64,000 bases of DNA from Chlorokybus atmophyticus (Eukaryota; Plantae; Mesostigma and Chlorokybus algae). The notes beneath the pieces are model-generated. The model was not told the origin of the DNA. It was given only the letters and a program-made list of their open reading frames with translations, and searched no databases. The stretch covers positions 62,001 through 126,000 of the forward strand of contig RHPI01001259.1 in the NCBI GenBank assembly GCA_009103225.1, given 5' to 3'. Positions 25,466 to 41,000 of this stretch are shown here, piece by piece. Each line of letters starts with the position of its first letter. The first letter of the stretch is position 1. The position numbers were made by a program, and so were the translations under genes.

Positions 25466-26507
25466 AAGTTTGCCCTGCTAACAGTAAGTTTTGTTGTTGT
25501 TGTTAGTGTTTCAAGTTGATGGTGCGTGAGTGCACAGTGCTCACCTTCTTCCAGGCTGCAATGCGGCCGATTCGAAGTCGACAACGACGACAGCAGTCTG
25601 CAGGACAGCTGAGCTGCTGATAGCAGGAGGTGGAAGGGGGGGGACAAAGGCGCCAAGGAGGGAGGTGGGGGGCAGAGAGAGAGGCGGCAAGGGGAGGAGG
25701 GCACAGCGAGAGGAGATTCTCCTGCATGGATCCATGCAACAATAACAAAGGAGGAGGGGCCGCGCCTCTCTCGCTGTGCAGCATCCGCCCGTACAGCGGC
25801 CACAGCTCGTGCATACTGTAAGTTGTTACGTCGCAGCCCACTGAGAAGGGCGGCGGCGGCGGCGGCAGAGGAGGAGGAAGAGCGCGCCATATGTGTGCTG
25901 CAGGCGCTGACAGAGAACCTACTACAGCTGGCAGTAGGCCTAGCCGCCCAACACAAGCAAGGCACAGCAACAAGCCATCAACGACGAGTTGTCTTCGACG
26001 ACCACAACACAAACTGCAACAGCCCTAACCCTATGTATGATTAGAGAGCAGAGCTTGATACCACCTCAGTGGCATGCGCTTTCCGTACGACGAGGTTTTG
26101 TTAGTAGTATCCTAACTGAACCGGCATGGTGGCGCTTTTGCCGGTTTAAATACGTCAAGCGCTATGTAGTACTCAGCGCCGGCTTGGCACCGGTTCAGAA
26201 GCACTCAACCGGTCCGCTGCCAGACCCTCTGACACCTTCTCAGTCTTGAGGCCGTTGCCGCTAGCCGCCGTTCCGTCAGAACCTAACCGCCTTTCCCGCC
26301 AACAAAGACTTGTTACAAAACAGAGTTCGAAGTTTGCACTTGACTGCGTTAGGCCAAGCCAGGCCAGGCTAGACCAGGCCAGGCCAAGCCAAAGAAGAGG
26401 CGTGGGCGGCGCCGACCAGGCCACAACCCGAGGCGGACGTATGATTGCGCGGAGGGCTGGCGTTAGGGTGCTTGTCGCAGTGGAGTGCGGTGGAGCTGGG
26501 AGGCAGG

Positions 26508-29063
26508 ATGGAGAGCTGGAGGCGGAGGCGGAGGCGACGGTGGGGGGAGGGGCGGCCTGGGATGTCATTGGTGTTGGGGTTGGTGGTCGTTGGGTTGTTG
26601 TTGGCTCTGGAAGGGGCGGAGGGGCAGTCCACATCCTCCGCCGACGCCGGATCCGGCAACTTCTTTGGCATGGAGACCAGGGCCTTTGGTGATGAAATGA
26701 GGCAAGAACGACCACGTTGCAATTTTTGAATCCATTATGTATTGCTTCTGAGTTGTATTGGGTTTTACTTATGATAGTTTTAGTATTACACAACTCAACA
26801 TCACTAATAAGACACGCTACCGGTAGTGCTTGTTGGGCAGGCTGCATTAACACATTCATCCTGCTACTGTCTAGGCTACACAATGGGAAGCACAACAACA
26901 ATCACCACTGAGTACTTCTACACGCTGCTAGCAGGACATGATTGACTGTTAGACACTGCGAAAGCATCATCACACCATCTTCATACATACACAAACTCAA
27001 CACGTAGCAGTGTATCAGCCAAGCACACAGTCACTCCTCCACAGATGCATCATTGCCACCACCATCACTAGCACCAAACACACCACAACAACAACATAAA
27101 CAGCTCCACACAGAGCCTTCGTGATGAATCTGGGTGGTGACGGTACGGAGCGTGTGGACATGACTCCCGAGGGCATCCAGCCTCGTCAGTCTCATCTCGG
27201 TCCCGTTCCCTTCTCCTCCGTGCCGTACGCCTTCTCGTCGCTCAACTACATCACCGGGATGCTCTACACGTACGTGCCGTCCGAACGGGACGACGCGGAC
27301 CCACTCGCCAATCCGTTCCATGTCGTGGAGCTGCTGACGGGAAACCAGGTGGGTGTGTGTGTTTGCGTGTGTGTGTGCACGTGTGTTGGCACTTATACAT
27401 GAGTGCACATGCACTGTGTGTGGCTGGTGTGTGTGCGTACATGCATGCACGCATGTTCTATGTGGGTATGGAGTGTGGGTTTGGGGCGCATGCATGCACA
27501 CGCATTCACGTGTGCGGGCTCGTGTGCACACAGGCGCACACGCACAAGCGCACACACTCATTCGCACCCAACCACCAAGTCACACACACACGTGCAGACA
27601 CGCGAACGCAGGCACAAGCACACAACACACGCACACACTCACACGCAAGCACGCACGCGCACGCACGCACGCACGCACGCACGCCACCACACAACACACA
27701 TACCACTTGTTTCATCCCCTCAGGTCGACGCTCCTCTCCTCCCTTACGCCCCTTTCTGTCTCGAATACGACCTCCTCAGCGAGTCCCTTCTCGCCATCGT
27801 CGCCGGCGCCGACCCGCGCGACTCCACTTGGCTCAGTCTCGTGGCTTTCAATCTCACAACTGGTGAAGTGATGGGCCCGCAATACACATACGAGGGGTAC
27901 ACAACATTGGCATACGGGGCAGCCACGTTCGATTTTCTCAACCAGACCTTCTGGGCGATATTGAGTAATCCGGCGGAGTCAACAGCGTACCCGACACGAC
28001 TGTTTGGAGTGCAGAGATACACGAAGGACTTTACCATACAGTACATCCCTGTGCCAGGTTTGGACACAACAGACATGCATGAGCACATGTGGCTGTGCGT
28101 GCATGTGTGTGCATGACTGTTGTAACCTCACCGTGTGTACCAACACGTGAATCCACACGCACACGCACGCACACACGCACGCATAAGTGCATGCATAGCA
28201 CATGTGCATGCGCTAAAAGCCACACACGCACATCTCTTCAGGTAGCAAAGACCTTCGCGTCTCCAGCTACGACGTCGTGTTAGGCAGCGTGGTTTGGCGA
28301 TACGACTGGCCTTTACAGATCCAACAAATCACCGGCATGAAGTTTGCTCCCGCACCCGAAGCTCAGGACTCGCGCGGCGTGTACACGCCGGGGGACCCCG
28401 CGCTGAAGACCATCCACGTTGTGGCGCACGTCAAGAGCGCGGGGAGTAGTATACTCAACTCACTCTGCTGGACAAAGCCGTGTAGTTCTAGTATCAATAC
28501 ATCCGATGCGCCAACGTACACGTTGGAGCAAAGGATGTGTACGTGTCGAGCCGCAGTGGTCATGTTGGATATCGACTACACGTCCACATACACGCAGCCG
28601 CAAACACTCAACTTCGAGGTGATGCGATATCTGGACGATCTGTCGTTACTCAAGCCGTCGTCACGAATATCGGCTCTGCTCTCGGCGAATTCGGCTCAGT
28701 CGGATATCAATCCCGGCAAGTTGTTTTTTCTTGACGGGGCGCCCGATGCGTATCCAACAAATGCACTCGTGCTCGACACGTTTGGGACGGGGGGGCAGAC
28801 GGCACAACTGCCAAACACACCCAACATTATACAGCCGGGAAGCGGGGCGTATCAGATGGTGGAGAGGAATCCCGTGCAGACGGGGTATTTGGAGCAACTG
28901 TACTTCACGGGACAGTACCCGGAAGCCATCAGGTGGGTGGGACTGTGGGTGGGAACACATGTGTGTGTGTGTGTGTGTGCGCGCGCGCGCATGCATGTGT
29001 AAGTGTGCGTACAAGCATGTGGGGTGTTCACTCACGTGCGTGTGTGCATGCGTGCTCTTGTTC

Positions 29064-29095
<32 letters not shown>

Positions 29096-32000
29096 TCCTG
29101 CGCGTGCGCACACATGCGCATGTATCATGTGCAGTTGTTGTTGCGTTGCTCATGGTCATCATGTGTGCTCATCTCTGCAGGCCGCTGGCTGCGAAGATTT
29201 ACCCGATGCCCACATTCGCATCCAAGTCGTACATGGAGGGCAACGGCGTCGTGCGCGGAGTTGGCACGCTGTTGGTACATTGTCATTTGCGCCATGCATG
29301 AGCGAGAAACAATGCCAAACAACAAGCAACACACAACACAACGTGCATCATGTTGGCAGGCTACTGCGGGCGACTCCACGTCACTCATAACCATCGTCGC
29401 CGTTAACGTCTTCGGCATGACCCAACCCCCGAGCGCAGCCACGGCAAGCATGAAACAGCGTATACATCATTCCAAAAAACATGTCGCGCACGCATGACAC
29501 ACACACCTACACATACGCGCAAGCGTGCATGCACGTGCGCGCGCACAAACCCACATGCGCACATGCACGCGCACGCATCCGAGAACAGACGCGCGCGCGC
29601 ACCCACACACACACGCACGCACGCGCACCCACCCACCACCAACTCCTTGTGTCAAGCAGGACAACTTCACCGTCACCATCACGGGTCCCGGTTTCCCCCC
29701 CAACAACGTCGCCTCTTTCCCCGTCGGCCCCTCCCTCTTAGGTCCCGTTGGCCCCGACAACTTCTCCCCCTCCGACAACGTGCTCCCCCACACCGACCAA
29801 CAAACACAATACCGTTACGTGGTCGGCCCAACATACATTAGCTCTAGTGCGGGGAGGTACATGGCCAGTTTCAGTGTGGATGCGGCGGGGAATTACAGCG
29901 TGGAGGTCACGAGTAAGGGGGCGTTGCCGGGGGTAGCGGTCGGGGCGGCGGTGTACGGGAGCCCGTATAAGATGGTGGTAGGGGCGGGACCGGCGGCGGC
30001 ACAGTACAGCACGGCGGTCATTGTGAGTTGTGTGTGTGTGTATATGTGTGTGTGCGTGTGTGTTGTGGGGGGACACGTATCAATGATATTATCACCTCAG
30101 GAACATGCTAAGACACAGCATGTTCCTGAGGTGTAGGCATGTTGTGTGTATGCACGCGTGGCCACGCGATGCGTGAGCTTGTTGGGATGCGTACGTAACG
30201 TGTGTACACGTTGAGGCGTGTACACATTTTATGGGCACCTGTCAACATTCTCCGCTCGCGCTTTGGGTTGTGTCGCACGTGTTGAGCCCACCTGTCAACA
30301 CATCTTCCTAACATGTGGTGTGTTTTGTGTGGCAGTACGACGGTGCCGGCAACGCTGTGTTGTTGACCTCAGCCGGGGCCACCTACACGCCCTTCTCCGC
30401 AAGCTACTGGTCCGGTGATGGCGTGGCGGTCGCCAGTGTGAACCGCGCGAACAAGTATGTGGACATCCTCGGGAACAACAACCCGAGCGCCGAGCAGTAC
30501 AGCGACATCGTGTATGCCGCCAACGACAAGGCTGATGCTGATGTTGGCATTGCGGCCTCAACTGCCAGCAGCATCAGCTTCAACGGTAAAGTTGTTGTGG
30601 TGTTGAGCGTGTGTGCTACATGACGTCTGTGCACACGCACACGTGTGCGCGCGTGCGCGCGTGCGTGTCTGCGTATTTGTACTTGTGCTCACACACACAC
30701 ACATCCCTCATCCCGCGCAGCCAGCGTTGGCCGCGTGTCCACTTTCTACATCGAATCCCGCGACCAGTTCGGCAATCGTCGTTCTTCCGGCGGCGACCCT
30801 TTATCCATCACCATCAAGGGCGTGACCTACATCTCTTGTTCTCTCCCGTTGGACCCGACCCAACCCAACTCGCGCACGCAGCCGCAGGGACAGACGCCGT
30901 ACTGTGAAATCAGTGATGAGGGAACGGGGAGGTATAGCGTGAGGTTTTTCATTACCAAGAGGAGCTTCACGCAACCCGTGTATCTGGTGACGCCGACGAT
31001 GTATAATCAGCCGATGTATGGGAACCCGCCGTACCCGCTGTTTGTGAATCAGGTAGGTTGTTGTGCTCGTTAATGATGATGACGATATTGTTGTTGTGTT
31101 GATACAACAACCACAAGTGGTGGTGGTTGTTGTAGCACCACAACAAGTTGTCGTTGCTGTTGTTGTTGTTGTTGATGGTGATGATGATGACAATATTGTT
31201 GCTGTGGTGATACAACAACCACAACAAGTTCTCCTTCAGGGTGTTACCGAGCCCGGTCTCTGCGTCGCCGTAGGCGACGGTTTATCCTCTTGCATCTCCG
31301 GCGTGTTGTCCATCTTCACAATCCAAGCTCAGGACCAGTTTGGCAACAAGAACTCCCTCGGCGGCGACCCACTCTATGTTGAAGTCACCGACAGCACGGG
31401 GACACGCGCCAACAGCGGGTCCACTATAAGTGCCGGTGCAGACGAGGTGCAGAGTATACTACAAGTGATACAACTTGGCGGGGGGCCACAGGCTTTACCC
31501 AATATTGGCACAACGCGTAGGCGTGTGTTGTTGGGTTTGACACAACAACAACAACAACCCAACATGGCGATTGGTGCCCGCGTGTATGATACAAACGATG
31601 GGAAGTACACGGTGATCTACTGGATGTCTGTTGTTGGTCAGGGTGTAATCAATACCACGATCAACAATCAGCCTATTGCGGGGTCTCCTTTCCATGTTGT
31701 TGTGGTCCCGTCCCACACGGACCCGCAGAATTGCGTGGCTTACGGGCCCGGCACGCGCGGCGCGTTCACGGCGGGGACACAGTTGCAAAGCGTCACGCTG
31801 CAGTTGCGTGATAGTGCGGGGAACAACATGAGCCAGGCGGAAGCCATATATGCGGCCACGCCGCCCGCGTTGCTCGTGGCGTTCACCATGCCCGTGAGGG
31901 TGAGTGCGTGTGGGTTGTTGTGTTGAAAATGTGAGTGGTGGTGTTGGGTTGTGGGCTTGATGTTGGGTGATGTGTGATGAGTATAGGTGATTGTGGATCC

Positions 32001-35000
32001 GGCGGGCGTGCCACACACGATCACGGATGGACCCATATCGCCGCTGTACAACCTCAACACAGGGGTGAGATGACGTGTATTACAGATTGCTGTACTCGTC
32101 TTGTCGCAATGCATGACACATGCGCACACGTGCACGCATACGAGCGCATAGTAGCATACACACATGAACGCGCATATGCACACACGGTTGCACACACAGG
32201 CTCTCTCACACGCGCTTGCACAAGCACTTGTGCACACCCGCACAAGCGCATGCGCGCGCACACGCACACACACGCGCATGCAGTTGCTTGCGAGTGCACA
32301 CACCCACCCACACACAACTCATGCTGACACGTTGCACACGACAGAGCGTGAGCCTCCCCACCACCGTCACCAACCTCCCTTCCGACAAGGGCAAGTTCCT
32401 CATCTCCTACTCCACGCCTCTCGCGGGCGCATACTCTCTCTCTGTCCAACTCCTTCGACGCACCGACAGCCAGCTGCAGTTCATACGGTTCGTGTGTTGG
32501 TTGTGCGAGAACACAACAACACAACAAGTTGTTGTTGTTGACATGTGGTGCATGCATCAGAGGTGCGGATGGACTCTATGGAAGCAATGGCCCGGGCAAC
32601 TCGCCGTTCGTAGTGACTGTGCTGCCAGCAGACTTCAGCGTGGCACAAACTTCCGTGAGAGACACGCACACATGCATGCACACTCACACATGAACACGCA
32701 GTCAGCATGCACGCACACATAAACACATGCATGCGCACGCGCGCGCGCACATCTCACTCGCGTGTGCACGCAGATGTACGCGTGGCACCTTAGTGATAGC
32801 GGTTACGTCCTCCTGTCCACATCGCAAGGTGTGACACACGCCCTCGCGGACGCCGAGGGCATCATCGACATCGTGCCTCTCACCTCTCTATCCGCCAACG
32901 TGGGCGATCAAGGCAGCTTCTTCATCCAACGCAGAGACAAAGTACAAAAGTTAGCGCCATTCTGTTGGTTATGTTGGTTTGTTGTGTCGGGTGACCCAAC
33001 ATGTTGATGTGTGTATGTGTGTATGATGTGCTTTTCCCGTCACACGCAGTTCTCCAACCTTCTCACTGATGCGGGCAACGCTTCCTTTGCGGTGTCGATG
33101 TCGGCGATGGTTAACAGACAGCTTGTGACGATCATCCCCACGGTCACGTATGTGGTTGGCAGCGGGGCGTACAAGGTGGCGTACATCGTGCAGGCGGTAA
33201 GTTGCTGGTGAGAGCTGGGTTGTGTGGTGGATGTGTTGATGTGGGGTCTGATTTGTGTTATGAACGTGCAGGCGGGTGTGTACAAAGTGCGTATCACGTT
33301 TGGAAGCCAGCAACTTCTGGATGGCAATGGCAATCCATACAACCTGACAGTGAGTTACTCTGTGTGTGTGTGCGTGCGTGCACGCGTGTGCACACACGTC
33401 CGTGTTATGTTTGTGAGCCACATACGAATGTGTGTATGCAACGCGATCTCACACACGCATGCAACACAGGTTACTCCTGGCGCGACTTGGGCTGGCTCAG
33501 TCACGTCCTTCGGCCCCGGTTTGCGTGGTGGCGTGATCAACAAGGAGTCTTCTTTCACCATCGTTGCTCGCGATCGCTACGGCAACCCTCAGGGCGACAC
33601 GCAGTCTGGCGACACGCAAAAACAAGAAGCCCTCCTTTACGACGTGCAGCTACTGTTGTGTCAGGACGGCACGCCCTCTTCGTGCACACCCGGGAGTGAT
33701 ATCTACGGGACCGTCACGCCCGATATCACCACGCCAGGACAGTATATCGCCAAGTTTGTACCAACGATCCCCGACACGACGTATCTGATGTGGTTGAGGT
33801 ACGATAATCAGCTCGTGCAAGGGTTGACAGACACGGGAAGCACGTTTCCGATCAGCGTGCAGTTTTTGTCAACACTCGGGGCGGCACAAGAGGCCAACAC
33901 TGTAGTGGACCCGCCGTACTATGGTATGTTGTTGCCTTCAACTAGTAGTTTGCGTGCTCACGCACGCACATGCGCACAACTTGTGTGTGTGAGAATGTGC
34001 GTCACATGTGCGCGCAGGCACGCGCGCACGTACGTGCGTGTGTGCGTGCACGTGCGTGTCTGTGTACATGCGCTTCTGTCTTGTTGTTGTTGGGCGCATT
34101 AACATACCATTTGGGCAGGTGGGACTGTTGGTGAGGCTCAATTGATAACCGTGCGTGCGCGTAACCGGCAGAATATGGACCTGGAAGACGGAGGTATGTG
34201 CACATATGATGCACATGTGCGCATATGTTGGGTTATGCGAGGTCATGTGGTAATGTGTGTACATATACCGACACAGGGTCTTTGGAGGAGCTCAACGTGC
34301 AGATGCAGCTGTTGCAAGACGGTGTGGAGACATTCAAAGTCCCGACAGACGGCTCGTGGCTGTCTCTCGCAAGTGGTGATGTTGTCGACGGTGCGGATGG
34401 CACGTACCTCATCACCTTCCCGCCATATGTGGACGCCAACACCAGCACACTTAAGTCCCTCACCGTAGCCGGCACGTATCGCGTGTCGATCACCGCACGA
34501 TCACCCACCCACTCTACTGCAATCAACATCGGCACGGCCTCCAAGACCGCATCAACACCTTTTGATGTGGTGTTGGCTCCCGACACAACTTCCGCAACAA
34601 CTTCCGAGCTTGTGGAAGGTCTCAAACCCAGCCAATCACTGGTCCCGGGACAGGCGTTGACTGGCATCGCGGGTGACCTGAGGACCTTCTGGGTCCGGGG
34701 TCGGGATCGGTTTGGGAACGCTCAGACTTGGGACGTGTTTCAGGGCGCCGATAACTTTAGTGTGCTTGTTGTGTCGGAGGTGGTGGGCAACGTGTCCACG
34801 TTTGCGCTGCCTGTGACGGATAACCGCGACGGCACGTACCAGGCGCAGTGCGTGCTCACGCAGGCTGGGGTGTATAACGTCAACGCGTGGCTGCTACCAA
34901 GCGGGGAAACAACACCACTTGCGTTGCTGTCGCAACCCGTCACCGTGACTATCACACCTGGTAAGGCTTGTGTGTGTGCGTGTGCGTGTGTGGGTGTGTG

Positions 35001-38000
35001 CGCATACGTGCATGCGCACTTGCATGTGGGGCGTGCATGCACAGCCACACTCTCTACAACTGAACCCAACATATGTCCTTTCAGGGCCTCTTGTGGTTGA
35101 GAAGTGTGCCGTGGGTGGTTCCGCTGCTTGGATGAACCCACCCATAGGCTCCCCGTCTTCCTTCTACATCCAGGAGATGGACGCCTACGGCAACATGCGC
35201 ACGGGTCAAGCCACACTCCGCCGTACTCTCACAAACACCCCTCTCGAGTTCATCGCACTCTTCCAACACACAACCAACACCTCCTACTCCTACACGGCCC
35301 TCAGCGTGTACACGTTGTCGGGCCGCCACTTCATCACGTACAACACGGGTGGGCCCTTAAGCAAAGGTGGCAACTACGCTCTAACAATAACCTCCGACGG
35401 CTCATCTTTACAAGGTGGATATGTTGTGTCGGTCGCCCCGGGACCAATATACCTACCACTTTGCGTGGCTTCGGGGCGAGGCGTGGCACGCGCCAACTAT
35501 CCGCCCGTTGGCACGGAGAAAGCCGGCATAGTTGCCAACGTGACGGTTCAAGCAACAGATCAGTACGGTAATGCGCTTGTGCGTGGCGGGGATGCACTCG
35601 CAGCGAGGTTGTATCCGGTTGGGGCGGGATCGGCCTTTGATGCGGTCGTGGTTGATAACGAGGATGGCACGTATGCGGCGCAGTATACGGGAGTGAAGTC
35701 GGGGGACTATCTGTTGCAGATCTCACTCGGAGCACAGGTGGGTGGGTGTGTACGTGTGTGTGCGCGTGGGTGTGTGCGTGCTTGCTAGTTATACCTTGAT
35801 ACCTGTCTGTCTCCGTGCATGAGTGCGCGCGAGCACACACACACATGCATGCATGCACACATCCACGCATGCGCAAGCACACATGCGCATCCATGCGCGC
35901 GCGCGCGCGCACACACACACACACCTGCGTGCATGTGCGTGCGCGTGTGCACATTTTTTACCAAAAGCGCTGACTGTGCCATGGTCTGATGCGCGCAACC
36001 CTTTGTCTCAGGTCTTGCCAACATCACGCTACGTGCCCTTACCTGGCTCAACTCTCCTCGCTAGCGTGCCACCTCAACTCCCCGGCGTGATCGTCCGCAT
36101 CATGCCGGGCCAACTCTCCTCCTCCAACACGTACGCCGTGAGCGCCATGTTGGCGGGGGCACGCACGCTCATTGCGGGAAGCGCACTCACCTTCACTGTT
36201 GTTGCACGCGACACGTTCAAACAAAACAAGACAGATACGGATGCAGATAGTTACCTCAACGCCAACATTGTTTACAATGTCAACAACACGTACCCAGGGA
36301 GAGATGTTGTGTCGGATACGACGTGGACACTTAATACAGATGGGCTGTATCAGAAGGAGTTGCCGCTCACGCAACGGGTCGGCACGGCCGAGTACGTGTA
36401 CACGCAAGAGAGTGCTGACGGAGGCGTGGCGTTGTACATAGCGGGCAACTATACGCTCAACGTCCACATGGTGCACCTCCTTATCAACACGACGACCAAC
36501 GTCACGAGCGTGGTGGATGTGGTACATGTTGGGTCCGGGGATGTTACATCACCCTACAACATTACCATCAACCCCGGGCCGTCGGACCCAACAACAACGG
36601 GGTTTCTGCCGCAGACGTGTGGACCCGTAGCGTGGACGGGAACCAACATGTTGTACCCGTTCGGGGAGTGTGTCAACAGCACGGCGAGTAAAAGCCTCGC
36701 GAGTGTGAGTACACAAAGTGTCGTGGAAGATGCGTGGTTCCTTGCCACGGCGGGAAAGATGACCACGCTCACGGTGCAGCTGTATGACCTGTATGAAAAT
36801 GTGCAGGTACAGAGATGTGTGTGTGCGTGTGTGTGTGTGTGTGTGTGCGTGTGCGAGTACGGGTTGGTGGCTGGTGTGTATATGCGTGCGTATGTGCGTG
36901 CGTGTGTGTGCGCAGACGCACAAACCTGCGCGTGTGTAGTGACTCGCATGTTGAAAAACGGACTTCCTTTGCAGATAGCTAACGACGTGACGGGTAGGAT
37001 GAACGACGTGGTTGTGGTCACTATCGGCGAGAGCGTCACCACAAAACGTACGTTCTTGTTACTGTTGCCTCCTGACTCGACACTGTCTGAGTACTCAAGA
37101 TGAGTATGTTTGCGCAGCGTGTCCAGATGCAGCGTTGGCACGCGAGACCGATACGTGCACGGCCGTTAGTCCACAGTACCCTTTGCCCCCTGACTACGTT
37201 GGTATGAACCTCACGGCGTACAACGCGTACACCCTCAGCGCACCCAACTCTTTCACCCTCACGTTCACGATCACAACCCAACTATACGCATCCCTTCGCC
37301 CTTACCTCCTCACGCTCACACTCAACAGCCTCTCCATCAAAAGCTCACCCGCCAACATTGTGATACAACCCGGCCCGACACATCCCAACATGTGCAGCGC
37401 GCAAGGCGCAGGTCTCAACCGCACACGTGTCGGCGCGTCCACATATTTCACTGTTACAGCGAGGGATGCGTACGGCAACGTGCAGTTTAATGTGGGGGAA
37501 GCCAACAACTTTGCCATCAACATGGTGTTGTTGCTGGGCACGAATGCGCTGGGTGGGCAGATTGTTGTGAAGGGGTGTTACCCGTTCACGCCGGAGTGCG
37601 CGTTTGGTATCGACTATGTGGGTGTTGGGTACGGTGTGTACAACGCGTCGTATGTGACGCAAAACGCCGGGAGATACACGATATACATCACCCACAATGG
37701 CATCCTCATCGGCAACGGCAACAACAACAATACCACAAACACAACAACAACAACAACAACAACATACACAACAACAGTGTACCCGGGTGTCACGAGTGCG
37801 GGTCAATGCACGGCTTACGGGCCGGGTCTCACCGGCGGCGTGTCCAACATAGCCACGGGTTTCATCATCCAAGCGCGTGATAGGTATGGCAGTCCTCAGG
37901 TGTGGTTGAGTGAGAGTGAGAGCGAGGACACGTTCGTCGCGGTGGTGTACCAACCCGCCTCCTCGACCAACGGGAGTCCACTCAAGGTGGACACGCCAGT

Positions 38001-41000
38001 CGACAACCAGGATGGCACGTACTATGTTGGGTACACGCCGCTCGTGGCAGGCACACACTCGGTCATTGTCACCCTGAACGATGTGCCCATACAGGTCAGC
38101 ACGTGTGTTTTTGCGTGTGCGTGTGTCCGTGATGTTGACATGAGATGTATGCGATGTGCAGGGGAGTCCGTTCACGGTTGTGGTGAGACCCACCGATGGC
38201 GATATTGTCCCTCGCGCGTGCGTGCTCGTGGACAATGTTGGCTCGCAGCTGCTGGGCTTGCCACCTTACGCCGCAGGCACCAACAACACCATACGCGTGC
38301 AGGTAAGAAGCACACACATGTGGACAGGCACACACACGCACACGCGCACGCACCCACCCACCCACCCACCCACCCGCCCGCACACATGTGCACACACACA
38401 CGCGCAGACGCGCACGCGCGCACACGCACATGCACGCATTAACGTCGGGTCCCACACAGGCGATGACGTTGGTTGGTGTGCAAGCTGCCCCGAAGCTCTT
38501 TGGTGGCGACAGCGTAATCGCTCGTTTGACCGGCCCTTCCAGTACAAACACAACATTACCCGTTACCGACAACGCCGACGGCACTTACTCCTTCACACTA
38601 GACTCTCTATCCCTCGCCGGCACATACCGCGTGTTCGTGCAAGCATGCAAGGGAACAACATTACCATCATCCTGTATCTACATCAACATACGCTCCTCGC
38701 CGTTTGGACTCGCCATAACTCCAGCAAGCACGGACCCAACGTCTTCGTACGTGGTGGAGCTGGCGAACCCGACGGCACGCGTCACGCGCGTGGCGGGAGG
38801 CGTGGCCACGTTCACGGTGCAGGCAAAGGATAGGTTCGGGAATGCGCAGCAGTACTCGGCAACGGCGGCGCCGACGGTGTTCGACATCGGGGTCAATAGC
38901 ACAACCGTACCCGTCAAGTTTACACAAGTACGTGATGTGGGCGAGTGTTTTACTCTTTGTTCGTGACCAGCATAGCCTCCTTTTGCTGTGATACACACAT
39001 TTTCGCACACAACCATGCATGCGTGCACACGAACACGCGCACTTGCACGCTCATGCACACTCTATCTTTGACACACGCATGCGCACGCGCACATATACTC
39101 TTTCTCCCACACACATCCACATGTGCGTACGCACACACATGCACGCATACACACATACGCACATTTACAAGTACCCACACACACACAGGTGCCCGCCGCC
39201 ACAGGGAGCACTGGCCTCGCCTCCGGCACCTACAGCATAACCGACCAGTTCGACGGCACGTGGCGCCTCTCCCTTAACGCCACCTCCGCCCAACTCTACT
39301 CCCTCTCCATCACACTGAACAACTCCCCCTTGCGCGGCAGCCCTTACGCATTAACAATAGTCCCCTCATCCACCAACATACCCAACAGCATCATAATTGG
39401 GTCCACTCCCCTCTTCCAACCCTCGGCCGCGGGCGCACAGACCCAACTATACATCCAAGCGCGCGACGTGTGGGGCAACTATCTCACCTCAGGTGGAACC
39501 AACTTCAAGGTCCAACTCGACATGTTGTCTCAACCGAGTCAGGCGGGGACGGGTTCTCTCACAGCGTTGGCGGGTGTGGTGTGTCCTTACCCGAGCGCGA
39601 GTTGTGTTTACGGTGCCAATGAAGATGGGGTGTTCCAATTCGCCGCGGACGGCAAACAGATCACGAGTCAGGTGAGGGTGAGTGATGTGGGGGACGGGAC
39701 GTATGCGGTGAGTTATATGAGTCAGTTGAGTGGGGAGGCCGCGTTGTCGCTGTATGCGCCGCAAGGAGCGGCGCAAGTGGAGTATGCGGTGTGCGCAACG
39801 ACGGATGCCAACGCAATCTGCTCACAGGTATACACATACGAGGATACAAGCATGCACACAGTCACACACGCACAAGCACATGAGTGCGTGTGTTTGAATG
39901 CATTGCGCGCGTGCGCACATACCCACCCACACACGCATCACAATCCTATCACTGCTTACTGCCACTCTAACACACATCCCCACACACGCAGCTTGCGTAT
40001 GTGAGCACGGGCGGCCTCTTAACCGTCTCCTTCTCCCCCGGCGACGTGTACGCTCCCGAGTCTTTCGCCACTTCCCGTTCCAACACTCTCTCCCTCGCTC
40101 TCGCGGGTTCCCTCAACACCTTCACCATCTCGGCTTTCGACTTCTACCGCAACCCCCAGAACAAGGCCGGGTATCTATTTGATGTTGGGTTGACGCGGGT
40201 GGGAGACGGGAGACGAGTGTTGGGAGCGAGCGGGTATGTGAATGGAGTGTATGTGGGGAGTTATGTGGTGACCGTGGTGGGGGAGTATACGATGACGGTC
40301 AGGAGGAACTATCTGAATATCAACGGGAGCCCGTTTAGGGGACTGGTCGTCGTGCCGGGTAAGTGTGTGTGCGTGTGCGTGGGCGTGTGCGTGGGCGTGT
40401 GCGTGGGCGTGGGCGTGGGCGTGGGCGTGGGCGTGGGCATGGGCGTGAGCGTGTGCATGTGCATGTTCGCGCTCGTGTGTGTGTGTGTGTGCGTGCGTGA
40501 AATGAGATGCTTCCTACTGTGTTGTTGGCTGCTTATGTGTGCGTGCGTGTGGTGTGCGTGCAGGTGGCACCAATGGCACGCATTGCCGGCTCAACCACAC
40601 GATGGCCACGATGCCGGACCCGACAACTGGTCAGCTAGTGCGCACCTTTGTCGCCGTGGCTGGCGCCGTCACCAACTTTACTGTCACAACAGCAGACTCG
40701 TATGGCAATCTCAGGACAAGCGGTGAGTGTGATTGACACACACGTACACACAAACATGCACACACGCACACGCACATGCACGCTCACGCACTCGCTCATG
40801 CGCGCGCGCGCGCTCACACGTACACACACACACACACACACTTGTGCAGGTGACGAGGTGATTGTGATCACGGTTGGCACGCTCTATGAGGGCTCTACCT
40901 ACGACCACAAGGACGGCGTGTACACGGGTCAATACGCCGTGCCAACATCTGGCACTTACGACCTCCGCGTGCAAGTGAACCAGGTCGACGTGACCCAACC

